From Clostridia bacterium (lineage in GTDB: Bacteria; Bacillota; Clostridia; Christensenellales; Aristaeellaceae), in assembly GCA_017512805.1 (NCBI GenBank), contig JAFWES010000049.1:795-64794 (forward strand): DNA of 64,000 bases. The letters run 5' to 3'. The position numbers and the translations under genes were made by a program. Below are positions 19,207-28,310 of the stretch, in pieces. The number at the start of each line of letters is the position of its first letter. The first letter of the stretch is position 1. The notes below the pieces were generated by a model, which saw only the letters and a list, made by a program, of their open reading frames with translations, was not told the DNA's origin and ran no database searches.

Positions 19207-21465
19207 TTACATCATGGATGTTGGGTTATACTCAAAAAGAATCCGGCAGCCCTCCGCGGGCTCCTCCGCAAGTCCCGCCATCAGGGCGCTGAGCGCGTCC
19301 GTCTCCGGTCCCACCAGGCTCTTGACCAGGATTTGCCGTCGCTCCATTCCCCGAAGCATCCGGACCCCCGGCGGCTCATCAGACAGAAGGAGCACCTTTT
19401 TCTTCCAGTCCGGGTGGACTTCCATCGCCTCCCGGATCCGCTTTTCCAGTTCCCCCGCGGTGCGCTCCGCCGTGGCCGCGTCCCGGCTTTCCGCCAGCAG
19501 CCGCATCATCACCGTAAAAGGCGGATAAAGGGCCTGCCGCCGGCGCCGGAATTCTTCCTCAAAGAAGGCCCGGTAATTCTGTTTCGCCGCCATATTCAGC
19601 ACGGGATCCTCCGGTCTGTAGGTTTGGATGATGACCCTTCCCGGCTGCTGTCCCCGTCCGGCCCGGCCGGCTGCCTGGGTCAGCAGCTGAAAGGTCCGCT
19701 CCCGGGACCGGTAATCCGGCAGGTTGAGGGTCAGATCCGCCGCCACAATCCCCACCAGGGTCACCTTCGGAAAATCCAGGCCCTTGGCAATCATCTGCGT
19801 TCCGATCAGAACCCGGACCGCCCCGGATCGGAATCTTTCCAGGATCTTCGCGTGCCCGTCCTTTCCGGAGGTGGTATCGATGTCCATCCGCGCCGTCTCC
19901 GTTCCGGGAAACAGCTTTCGGACCTCATCCTCCACCTTCTGGGTCCCCGCTCCGAAATACCGGATGTAGGGGGAGCCGCAGCTGGGACAGCGGGAAGGGA
20001 TCCTCTCCCGATGCCCGCAGTAATGGCACCGCAGCGTTTCCGCGTCCCCTCCGCCGGGGGCCCTGCCTTCCTCCACATGGCACGTCAGGGACACATCGCA
20101 GTTCGGGCACTTGATCACATGCCCGCAGGCCCTGCAGGAAACAAAGCTGTGATAACCCCGCCGGTTGATCAGCAGCATCGCCTGTTCTTTCTTTTTCAGG
20201 CACTCTCCCAGCGCGCTGACCAGCTCCCGGCTGAGCACGGACCGGTTTCCGGATTCCAGCTCCCGGCGCATGTCCACCAGCCGCACCTCCGGCAGCGGCC
20301 GATCCTGAACCCGCACCGGCATTTCCAGCAGCACGGAATCCCCCCGCCGGGCCCTGGCGAAGGAAAGGATACTGGGGGTGGCGCTGGCTAAAATCAGAAC
20401 CGCGCCTTCCCGTTTGCACCGGGAAAGCGCCACGTCTCTGGCGTCATACCGGGGATGATGGTCGCTGTAATAGGTGCTTTCGTGTTCCTCGTCCACCACG
20501 ATCAGGCCCAAACGGTCCGCCGGAGCGAATACCGCGCTCCGGGCTCCAATCACCACCCGGGCCTCTCCCCGGCGGATCCGCCGCCATTCATCGTATCGCT
20601 CTCCGGGGCTGAGCCGGCTGTGTAGCACCGCCGCCACCGCTCCGAATCTGGACTGAAACCAGGAAACCATCTGGGGCGTCAGGGCGATCTCCGGCACCAG
20701 AATCAGGGCGCTTTTCCCCATGTCCAGCACCTTCCGGACCGCGTTGAGGAAAACTTCCGTTTTCCCGCTGCCCGTTACCCCGTAGAGCAGGAAGCTTCCC
20801 TTCCCTCTCTTCAGGGCCGGCAGAATCTCCTCCATCACTTCCTGCTGCCCGGGCGTCAGGGGCAGCCAGTCCGCGCTTCCGCCTCCAAGGACACTCTCCG
20901 GAGATCGCAGCTGTTCCTGCTTTGTGATTCGGATCAGTCCGGCGTCGGCCAGCACGTTCAGGGCTTCCCGCGGAGCCTGTATCCTGTCCCGGATCTCGGA
21001 AACCGGCCGGGGGCTCTTTTCCAGCAGCATCCGCAGGATCTCCCGCCGTTTGGGGCTTCTTCCTTCCCCCGCCAGGGCCGCCTGAGCTTCCGCCGGGGAA
21101 ACCGCCAGCTCTGCCCATTCCTCTTCCCGAACCCGCACGCGCCCGCCCCGCATTTGCGCGGGAATCATCAGGCGAAGCGTCTCCGCCAGCGGGCAATGCG
21201 CCTCCCGGGCCATCTCCTCCGCCAGTTCCATCATCGCGGGCAGAATCGCCGGATAGTCCTCCAGCGGCCCGATCACCGACCGGATCCGCTTTGGGTCAAA
21301 ATCCGCCGTTTCGGAAAGGCTCAGCACGATCCCTTCCAGGGCGCCGCTGCGAAAGGGGACCCGGACCCGCTGTCCCCGCTCCAGGTTCATTCCTTCCGGA
21401 ACCCGATAGGTGAAAGCCTGCGCCACGTTCTCATGCACGATGTCCACGATCACCTGGCAATACAA
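19207..21465 (-). CDS. priA: Primosomal protein N' (replication restart helicase PriA)
   Basis: GVTGSGKT, VPEIALTPQ, DEEH, four CxxC pairs, GTQMIAKGLDF, QAAGRAGR. Confidence 0.97.
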   Translation of the reverse strand: MYCQVIVDIVHENVAQAFTYRVPEGMNLERGQRVRVPFRSGALEGIVLSLSETADFDPKRIRSVIGPLEDYPAILPAMMELAEEMAREAHCPLAETLRLMIPAQMRGGRVRVREEEWAELAVSPAEAQAALAGEGRSPKRREILRMLLEKSPRPVSEIRDRIQAPREALNVLADAGLIRITKQEQLRSPESVLGGGSADWLPLTPGQQEVMEEILPALKRGKGSFLLYGVTGSGKTEVFLNAVRKVLDMGKSALILVPEIALTPQMVSWFQSRFGAVAAVLHSRLSPGERYDEWRRIRRGEARVVIGARSAVFAPADRLGLIVVDEEHESTYYSDHHPRYDARDVALSRCKREGAVLILASATPSILSFARARRGDSVLLEMPVRVQDRPLPEVRLVDMRRELESGNRSVLSRELVSALGECLKKKEQAMLLINRRGYHSFVSCRACGHVIKCPNCDVSLTCHVEEGRAPGGGDAETLRCHYCGHRERIPSRCPSCGSPYIRYFGAGTQKVEDEVRKLFPGTETARMDIDTTSGKDGHAKILERFRSGAVRVLIGTQMIAKGLDFPKVTLVGIVAADLTLNLPDYRSRERTFQLLTQAAGRAGRGQQPGRVIIQTYRPEDPVLNMAAKQNYRAFFEEEFRRRRQALYPPFTVMMRLLAESRDAATAERTAGELEKRIREAMEVHPDWKKKVLLLSDEPPGVRMLRGMERRQILVKSLVGPETDALSALMAGLAEEPAEGCRILFEYNPTSMM

Positions 21466-21499
21466 GCTCCCTCACCTCCCGGACACAAAAATACAGGAT

Positions 21500-21529
21500 A
21501 TTATACACCGAACCCCTGCCCTGTGGCAA
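21500..21529 (-). promoter_or_regulatory. Sigma-A promoter for the priA operon
   Basis: TTGCCA-18-TATAAT on the minus strand upstream of priA. Confidence 0.6.
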
Positions 21530-21587
21530 ATATTTTTCTTTCCCATTTTGGCGGTGTATGATACAATCTCCCCGGGGAGGTATGACC

Positions 21588-21950
21588 ATGCCTTATTTTG
21601 AAAGAACGGATTCCGAAGCCTATGCCCGCCGGTTTGAAAACCCGGAAGGCGGCGAAGCGAACGCTTCCTACGATGAATTTGAAGAAGATTACGATGACGG
21701 GTTCGAGGAACTGCTGGAAGATCCGGAGGCCGAAGGCCCCATTGACCCTGAAGAAGCCCGTCTCCAGGAGGAAGAAGCCCGCCGTTCCCGGCAGGAGAAA
21801 TACGTCATCGCCACAGGGCTGGGGGACTTTGTAGGCGTGCTGCTTGGGGTCGCCGTGATCCTGCTGCTTCTCGCCTTCCTGATCAGCATGCTCCGCTTCG
21901 TCTCTTCCGATTTCTCCCGGACATTCTCTCTTTGGCAGCTGAAATTCTGA
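21588..21950 (+). CDS. Hypothetical membrane protein (acidic N-terminus, C-terminal TM)
   Basis: GGAGG RBS 7 nt before ATG 21588; D/E-rich region then hydrophobic helix. Confidence 0.75.
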   Translation: MPYFERTDSEAYARRFENPEGGEANASYDEFEEDYDDGFEELLEDPEAEGPIDPEEARLQEEEARRSRQEKYVIATGLGDFVGVLLGVAVILLLLAFLISMLRFVSSDFSRTFSLWQLKF

Positions 21951-22029
21951 TCATCCTTAACGATTCAGTCCGGAACTTCCCCTGCCCCTTCACCTTTCAT
22001 AGGTTTACGCTGAATCTTCCGTTTGAGGC

Positions 22030-22111
22030 AAAAAAAAACCGGCTGGCTGTGATTGACCAACCGGGGAAAACTGTCTGAAAAGCGGGCGCTGAATTTCCTC
22101 AGCGCCCGCTT
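22030..22111 (-). terminator. Two tandem intrinsic terminators downstream of the SH3 gene
   Basis: 13-bp stem AAGCGGGCGCTGA/TCAGCGCCCGCTT (22080-22111) and a second CCGG stem followed by a T-run on the minus strand. Confidence 0.7.
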
Positions 22112-22126
22112 AGCCATATGCTGCTG

Positions 22127-23320
22127 TTACGGAACCGGCTCAGCGTAAACCGCGCCGCCATCCTGGCCAATGGTCCGTTTGACAAAGTCCGGCAGGTCAT
22201 CCCAGCCGCTGAGCTCGCTGACGCCGCTGCTCTGGCTGTTGGATTCGGATGCCGGCGGATCGGCCGGGGCGCTGACGTCCGCCAGCTCCCGGGTGATCCC
22301 GCCCGTTGCTTCCGCCAGACCCCCGTCCCCGACGCCTTCACTGGCGGCGGTATAGCCGCTGTCCAGCCATTCTGCGCTGCTTTTCAGGGAACTCTCAATG
22401 GTCTTGACACTTTTTGAGGAAGAGCTGAACAGAGGCTGCACCGGATTGGTGGAAACCTCCGCCACCGTTCCGTCCTCGGCCGTGACCCGGACCGTAATGG
22501 CCGTCCCAACCTCGGAAGCGGTCACGGTAAAGGAGTTCCCCGTGCTCAGCAGCACCCGGTTATCCGCCCGGTACCAGATGGCGGAATACTTGATGTTGCT
22601 GGGAGTCACCGCCAGCTTCAGGGTATCGCCTTCATGGGGGGACAGAATATTCAGCGCGACTCCCTTCAGAACGTCCGGCTCCGGCGTGATGATGGGCGGA
22701 GGCGTCGGCGTCGCCGTCACGCCCGGCCCCGGCATGGCCGTAATATGGGGAGGAAGCGTAAGGGGCACCGTGGTCGGTCCCGGCCAGGGGCTGTACCCCG
22801 TGGTCAGGTACCGGGACATCATGTACCCATATTTCCCATCGATCTGAATGTAGCTCCAGCCGTTATTGCTGACTTTCAGCTCCAGCACCGTCCGGCCTAC
22901 GGGATACAGGCCCATGACGTTATACTTGTTCACCACCGGCGCATTCCGCATCCGGACGCCCTTCCCGTTTTCACTGGTCACCCATGCGTTCCGATTGACG
23001 GTTGTCCAGGCTACGGGGGAGGCGGTGGGAGAAGACGTGGGCGGAGCGGATCCTCCATCGATATACAGATACCGCTGATCCATATATCCCAGCCGGTAAT
23101 CCGATGTCATCACCCGGGCCCAGCCGCCGCTCTGGCTCAGGATCGTCACCACGGACCCCGTCCTGTAGCTGGTGATGACGGCCGCGTCATAGCTGGGATT
23201 GGCCCGGAGGCGCAGCCACCCGCCCACCACCGTCCCATAGGTGGCGGCCAAGGCCCCGGCCATCGCCAGGCCGCAAAGCAGCACCGCCAGCAGCAGCGCC
23301 GCAGCGAGTTTCTTTTTCAT
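22127..23320 (-). CDS. Secreted SH3b-domain protein (two SH3b, Pro/Thr linker, Ig-like domain)
   Basis: Signal peptide MKKKLAAALL; LRLRANPS...GWARV...GYM and VRMRNAP...WSYIQIDGKYGYMMS. Confidence 0.85.
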   Translation of the reverse strand: MKKKLAAALLLAVLLCGLAMAGALAATYGTVVGGWLRLRANPSYDAAVITSYRTGSVVTILSQSGGWARVMTSDYRLGYMDQRYLYIDGGSAPPTSSPTASPVAWTTVNRNAWVTSENGKGVRMRNAPVVNKYNVMGLYPVGRTVLELKVSNNGWSYIQIDGKYGYMMSRYLTTGYSPWPGPTTVPLTLPPHITAMPGPGVTATPTPPPIITPEPDVLKGVALNILSPHEGDTLKLAVTPSNIKYSAIWYRADNRVLLSTGNSFTVTASEVGTAITVRVTAEDGTVAEVSTNPVQPLFSSSSKSVKTIESSLKSSAEWLDSGYTAASEGVGDGGLAEATGGITRELADVSAPADPPASESNSQSSGVSELSGWDDLPDFVKRTIGQDGGAVYAEPVP

Positions 23321-23391
23321 CTTTTCCACTGCTCCTTTCGAACGAAACATCCGCGGAAAACCCGCGTTATTCTTCCTTCGAATACTGCATC

Positions 23392-23420
23392 ATGATACCC
23401 AATCCGACCCGGAAAGTCAA
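23392..23420 (-). promoter_or_regulatory. Sigma-A promoter for the SH3 gene
   Basis: TTGACT-17-TATCAT on the minus strand. Confidence 0.65.
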
Positions 23421-23489
23421 CCCTGCTGTTTTCCTCGCGAGATCGCCTTGACCCCTCCCCTGCGGCAGCAGCCTCCAAAAAGGGGGTTC

Positions 23490-23515
23490 AAAAACCAGCC
23501 GGTCCGGCGCTGGTT
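23490..23515 (-). terminator. Intrinsic terminator after the DUF554 gene
   Basis: AACCAGC...GCTGGTT stem followed by a T-run on the minus strand. Confidence 0.6.
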
Positions 23516-23540
23516 CCTTCTTTTTTCTGTCAAATCATCT

Positions 23541-24236
23541 TTATAACAGAGGCGCCACGACATTCATCCACAGTGCGCTGACAGGCATTACCAGCACCAT
23601 GGAAAGCAGCATATTGGCCACAGGAATTTCTACCACCTTCATGATCGAGAAGCCGGTGGCCAGTAACACGATACCACCGCAGGCCTTGAAATCAGCAATC
23701 ATCGCGTCATTAGTCAGTGGGAGAATCAGCCGTGCGGAGAAGAACAGAGCAAGCATGATAACCAATTGCGGGACGCCAATGAGCATCACCGCCTTTTTGA
23801 GCTGGCAGGCGAAAATCATGGACGTAAAGAAATCCAGAATTGCTTTGGCAATGAGAATGCTTTGATCCCCGGTCATGCCGGAGATCAGTGAGCCGTAGAT
23901 TCCGGTGCCGCTGGCGCAGAAGAGTACCATGGCAGTCACCATCAGCTGCATGTCTGTGTCAAGGTTCAGCTTGTTCAGGAGGACGCCGGTTCCCTTTCGA
24001 ATATGTCCGTCCAAATTAAGTGTGATGCCGAGCAGGGAGCCGATGATGACCGCAAAGATCACGGCCGGCATGTTCTTCATCAGCACGACAGAGGTAACCC
24101 CCATGGTCATGGCACACACGCCAAATATGGTGGTCATCTGTTGCTTCAGGCGGTCACTCAGCTTTTCGCCAATGATGCTTCCCAGCAGGCCGCCTAATAC
24201 AACGGAGGTCACATTGATCATAACACCTGTTGGCAT
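23541..24236 (-). CDS. DUF554 (YdfK-like) multi-pass membrane protein
   Basis: MPTGVMIN...GGLLG, LFCASGTGIYGS, GDQSILIAKAILD, VANML. Confidence 0.88.
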   Translation of the reverse strand: MPTGVMINVTSVVLGGLLGSIIGEKLSDRLKQQMTTIFGVCAMTMGVTSVVLMKNMPAVIFAVIIGSLLGITLNLDGHIRKGTGVLLNKLNLDTDMQLMVTAMVLFCASGTGIYGSLISGMTGDQSILIAKAILDFFTSMIFACQLKKAVMLIGVPQLVIMLALFFSARLILPLTNDAMIADFKACGGIVLLATGFSIMKVVEIPVANMLLSMVLVMPVSALWMNVVAPLL

Positions 24237-24420
24237 AATACTCCCCCTTCTCTTTTGTCAGCCCCTTATCCCGGAACAACGCTTCGAAGCTGCTGTCATG
24301 CCTTTTTTCTCCTTCCTTACCGAAGAAGCAGGCAGGCACACCGGGCGCCTTGAACCGGTGATTCCGCACGCATTCCTGTCCTCTTTTCTATACTGCTTTC
24401 ATACACGTGTCATGTACGCA

Positions 24421-24449
24421 AGTATAGCACATCCGTAGTACAAGCACAA
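24421..24449 (-). promoter_or_regulatory. Putative promoter for the DUF554 gene
   Basis: TTGTGC-17-TATACT with extended TG, about 185 nt upstream of the start. Confidence 0.5.
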
Positions 24450-24506
24450 GGTAGTCTCCAAAATGTGTTATCATCGAAACTCCTCTGTTTACTTCCCTCC
24501 GCAATA

Positions 24507-24535
24507 TTGACACGCTTTCCCGATGAGGCTAAAAT
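24507..24535 (+). promoter_or_regulatory. Sigma-A promoter for malQ
   Basis: TTGACA-17-TAAAAT; AAGGAGG RBS downstream. Confidence 0.75.
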
Positions 24536-24596
24536 AGCCGATAGAAACCTGGAAGCAGTTAAAGCGCTGTTTCCGCTTTATAAGGAGGAAAAAGAC

Positions 24597-26141
24597 ATGA
24601 GTCGGGCCGCGGGCATTTTGATGGCCGTTTCCAGTTTACCGGGAAAATACGGTATCGGTTGTTTTGACCGGGAGGCGTATCGTTTTGTGGATTTTCTGGA
24701 GCGTTCCGGGCAAAGCTACTGGCAGATTCTCCCGCTGAATCCCCCGAACCACCGTCCCCTGGCCTACGATTCCCCCTACCAGGGGTTTTCCGCCTTTGCC
24801 GGAAATCCTTTCTACATCTCCCTGGATGCCCTGATTCAGGAGGGGGTGCTTTCGCAGGAAGAAGTGGACGCGGTGGATTTCGGCAGCGACCCTGCCCGGG
24901 TGGACTACGATAAGCTTTTTTCTAACCGCATGCCCCTGCTCCGGAAGGCCTATGAGCGCTCCCGGGTGGCCGAGCGGGAGGATTATCTCCGTTTTATCCA
25001 TGAAAATGCCTGGTGGCTGGACGACTATGCCCTCTTCATGGCCCTGAAGGGGTTCTTTCATGACGCTGAATGGCCTGACTGGCCCGAAGATATCAGCCGC
25101 CACTGGGGCTATGCCATCGACTACTATAATCAGCTGCTGTATTTTGATATCGAATTCCACAAATATACCCAGTACAAATTCTTCCAGCAGTGGAACGCCC
25201 TGAAGGCTTATGCCAACGCCAAGCACATCAGCATCATCGGAGACATTCCGATCTACGTCTCCTTCGACAGCGCTGACGTCTGGGCCCACCCGCATCTCTT
25301 TCAGCTGAATGAAAACAACCGCCAGAGCGCGGTCGCCGGCTGCCCGCCGGACGCCTTCTCCGCCGACGGCCAGGTGTGGGGCACGCCCCTTTACCGCTGG
25401 GAAAAGCACCGGGAAGACCATTTTGGCTGGTGGATGGCCCGGCTGTGGATGAATTTTCAGCAATGCGACCTGCTGCGCATCGATCACTTCCGCGGGCTGG
25501 ATGAATACTACTCCATCCCCGCGGGTCAGAGCGCCATGGCCGGACACTGGGAAAAAGGGCCGGGCATGGCCCTCTTCCACCAGATGTGGCAGAACATGGG
25601 CTATAAACCGGTCATCGTGGAAGATCTGGGATACATGACCGAATCCGTCCGCCAGATGGTGCGTGAAACCGGCTTCCCCAACATGAAGGTGCTGCAGTTT
25701 GCCTTCGATCCCGACGATATCGGGGCCAGCAACGATTACCTGGTGCACAATATCCCCGAACACTGCGTTGTCTACCCTGGCACCCACGACAATGACCCCA
25801 TCAACGGTTGGTTTGCCGGCCTGTCCGAGCAGGAACAGAAAATGATCCGGAACTATTTTGGCTGCGAGCATCTGGCCAAAGGCCGGATGAACGAAGTCTT
25901 CATCCGGGCCGGGCTCATGTGCAGAGCGGAAACCTGCGTAATCCTGATCCAGGATTACCTGGGGCTGGGCAGCGAAGCCCGCCTCAACGATCCCTCCCAT
26001 CAGGAAAACAACTGGTTCTGGCGTCTGAAGCCCGGCATGCTGACCGAAAGCCTGGAAAAGGAAATCTTCGAGCTGACCCGCTGCTACGGCCGCCTGAACT
26101 GGGACGCGGACAGCGTCCAACAGCGGCAGTGGGTGAAGTAA
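24597..26141 (+). CDS. malQ: 4-alpha-glucanotransferase (amylomaltase, GH77)
   Basis: WQILPL, DSPY..SAFAGNP, IIGDIPIYV, GCPPDAFS.DGQ.WG, RIDHFRG, EDLG, GTHDN. Confidence 0.95.
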   Translation: MSRAAGILMAVSSLPGKYGIGCFDREAYRFVDFLERSGQSYWQILPLNPPNHRPLAYDSPYQGFSAFAGNPFYISLDALIQEGVLSQEEVDAVDFGSDPARVDYDKLFSNRMPLLRKAYERSRVAEREDYLRFIHENAWWLDDYALFMALKGFFHDAEWPDWPEDISRHWGYAIDYYNQLLYFDIEFHKYTQYKFFQQWNALKAYANAKHISIIGDIPIYVSFDSADVWAHPHLFQLNENNRQSAVAGCPPDAFSADGQVWGTPLYRWEKHREDHFGWWMARLWMNFQQCDLLRIDHFRGLDEYYSIPAGQSAMAGHWEKGPGMALFHQMWQNMGYKPVIVEDLGYMTESVRQMVRETGFPNMKVLQFAFDPDDIGASNDYLVHNIPEHCVVYPGTHDNDPINGWFAGLSEQEQKMIRNYFGCEHLAKGRMNEVFIRAGLMCRAETCVILIQDYLGLGSEARLNDPSHQENNWFWRLKPGMLTESLEKEIFELTRCYGRLNWDADSVQQRQWVK

Positions 26142-26208
26142 GAAAACGGGTAACTGTTCAGTCCAGAAAACGGAGCGATTGAATCGTTATGAAAACGGAA
26201 AGAACCGA

Positions 26209-27369
26209 TCAGATTCCCCGCATGCTCCTCAGATCCTGAACAATCGATATGATGGTCCTCGCGGTCTCGTCCATTTCTTCTTCCGTATTTTCTTCCCCCA
26301 CGGTGATCCTGATACTGCTCTTGGTCTCTTCTTCCGAAAGGCCGATCGCCTCCAGCACATGGCTCGGCTCCGCCGAGCCGCTGGTACAGGCGCTGCCGCT
26401 GGAAACCGCGATCCCCGCCAGATCCAGCCGCAGCAGAAGCGCTTCCCCGTCGATCCCGGGGATGCTCAGGTTGGCGTGCCCCGGCAGGCGGTGATCCGGA
26501 TCACCGTTTTCCCGGAGATTCGGGATCGCTTCCCGCAGCGCCGCGCAAAGCCGATTCCGCAGCCCCCGGACCTTTTCCGTCCGCTCGGGGATGTTCCCTG
26601 CCGCGATTTCCATTGCCCGGCTCATGCCGGCAATGCCCGCGGTGTTTTCCGTCCCGGCCCGAAGTCCCCGTTCCTGCGCCCCTCCGTGAATCAGCGGATC
26701 CACCCGGGTTCCCTGTCGGATATAGAGCAGTCCCACGCCCTTGGGGCCGTGAAACTTATGGGCGCTCAGGCTCAGCATATCCGCCTTCCACTCATCCACG
26801 TTCACGGTCATCGCGCCCATCGCCTGCACCGCGTCCGTATGGAAAGGAATCCCGTGGGCTCTGGCTATTTCTCCAAATTCGGCCACCGGCTGAACCGTCC
26901 CGATTTCGTTATTGGCCGCCATCAGGGAAATCAGCACGGTATCCGGGCGGATCGCCCGCTCCAGCGCTTCGGGGCTGATCCGTCCCCGGGAATCCACCGG
27001 CAGACAGGTCACCTCGAACCCCAGCTTCTCCAGATACCGGCAGGGCCGAAGCACCGCGTGGTGCTCGATCGCCGATGTAATGATATGCCGCCCTTTTTTC
27101 CGCTGGGCCATGGCGGTCCCCATGACGGCCCAGTTGTCGCTTTCGCTGCCTCCGGAGGTGAAGTAGATTTCCCGCGGGGAAGCCCCGATCGCTTCCGCCG
27201 CCGTTTTTCGTCCCTGATCCAGCGCCCTGTGGGCTTCCCGGCCGGTCGCATATACCCCTGACGGATTCCCATAGGCATCCTCCAGGTAAGGCGTCATGGC
27301 TTCACGCACTGCGGGCAGCACCCCCGTCGTGGCCGCGTGATCCAGATAGATCCTGTTTCTCATGAACAA
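26209..27369 (-). CDS. iscS: Cysteine desulfurase IscS/NifS
   Basis: IYLDHAATT, GNPS, TSGGSES, NNEIG, SAHKFHGPKG, SSGSACTSG. Confidence 0.94.
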   Translation of the reverse strand: MFMRNRIYLDHAATTGVLPAVREAMTPYLEDAYGNPSGVYATGREAHRALDQGRKTAAEAIGASPREIYFTSGGSESDNWAVMGTAMAQRKKGRHIITSAIEHHAVLRPCRYLEKLGFEVTCLPVDSRGRISPEALERAIRPDTVLISLMAANNEIGTVQPVAEFGEIARAHGIPFHTDAVQAMGAMTVNVDEWKADMLSLSAHKFHGPKGVGLLYIRQGTRVDPLIHGGAQERGLRAGTENTAGIAGMSRAMEIAAGNIPERTEKVRGLRNRLCAALREAIPNLRENGDPDHRLPGHANLSIPGIDGEALLLRLDLAGIAVSSGSACTSGSAEPSHVLEAIGLSEEETKSSIRITVGEENTEEEMDETARTIISIVQDLRSMRGI

Positions 27370-27446
27370 TCTGTCCCTTCTCCCGTTTCGGATGTGATTA
27401 TAGCATAAGCGGCCGGCTGTGATCCACCGTTTCTGTCACGAAAGCA

Positions 27447-27475
27447 TTGAAAAGCCGCGGAAAATATGCTATCTT
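27447..27475 (+). promoter_or_regulatory. Sigma-A promoter for the DUF2927-like gene
   Basis: TTGAAA-17-TATCTT with extended TG. Confidence 0.55.
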
Positions 27476-27506
27476 AGCCCTATCGAATTGCATGGAAAGG
27501 GGATAT

Positions 27507-28217
27507 ATGCCCATGCGCAGCCGGGAAAAATGGCTTTCCCTTCTTTTTTCTCTGTTTCTGTTTTTCTCCTTTACCGCCCATGCGGATACCCCCTTCCGCT
27601 TTTCGGATGAGAAAACCGCCAGCCGGAAGGCCTTGGAGCTCTTTCACCTCTGTGCCTTTTTCCCGGAATACGGTCCCCCGGAAGAACAGACCCTGATCCG
27701 CTGGGAGGAGGAGATCCGGATCTGGGCCGGCGGCTCCCCCACCCGGGAGGATCTGCGGGTGCTGGACGGCTTTATTGCGGAACTGTCGGAAAAAGTCCCG
27801 GATCTTCCCGCCATCCGCCGGGTCCGGCAGGATACCCAGTCCAATGTCCGCTTCTGGTTCGTCCCGGGGTACATGCTCCCCCTTTATATCGAAGGCTATG
27901 TGGACGGCAACTGGGGCTTCTTCCATACGCTGCATCCCGCCGGACGTATCCTTTCCGCCCGCATCGGGATCGCCACCGACCTCACGGAGCAGGAGGACCG
28001 AAACCACCTGATCCTGGAGGAGCTGGTCGGCGCATTGGGGCTTCCCGGGGATCATACCCTCTATACCGACAGCATCCTTTACGACGGTTGGACCACCACT
28101 TTCTCCCTCAGCGAGGTGGACTGGCGGATGCTCAATATGCTGTACCACCCTTCCCTCCGTCCCGGAATGACCTGGCCGGAGGCACAGCAGGCGCTGCACA
28201 GCGCACTGGGGCTTTAA
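27507..28217 (+). CDS. Secreted DUF2927-like protein
   Basis: Signal peptide ending AHA; LIRW, RNHLILEELVGALGL.GD, DSI.Y, MLYHP.L.PGM. Confidence 0.7.
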   Translation: MPMRSREKWLSLLFSLFLFFSFTAHADTPFRFSDEKTASRKALELFHLCAFFPEYGPPEEQTLIRWEEEIRIWAGGSPTREDLRVLDGFIAELSEKVPDLPAIRRVRQDTQSNVRFWFVPGYMLPLYIEGYVDGNWGFFHTLHPAGRILSARIGIATDLTEQEDRNHLILEELVGALGLPGDHTLYTDSILYDGWTTTFSLSEVDWRMLNMLYHPSLRPGMTWPEAQQALHSALGL

Positions 28218-28241
28218 GGATGTTTTCGTCCTATAAGGAAG

Positions 28242-28293
28242 AACCGGCTTCCCGCCTTCTCCGTTCAGGGAAAAGGCTGAAAGCCGGTTTTTT
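28242..28293 (+). terminator. Intrinsic terminator between convergent genes
   Basis: AACCGGCTT...AAGCCGGTT followed by TTTT. Confidence 0.6.
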
Positions 28294-28310
28294 GATCTTC
28301 TGACGAATCC

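Noticed and set aside
24154-24369. 71-aa ORF upstream of the DUF554 gene as a leader peptide
   Set aside because: Overlaps DUF554 out of frame, with no motif or codon signature; unsupported
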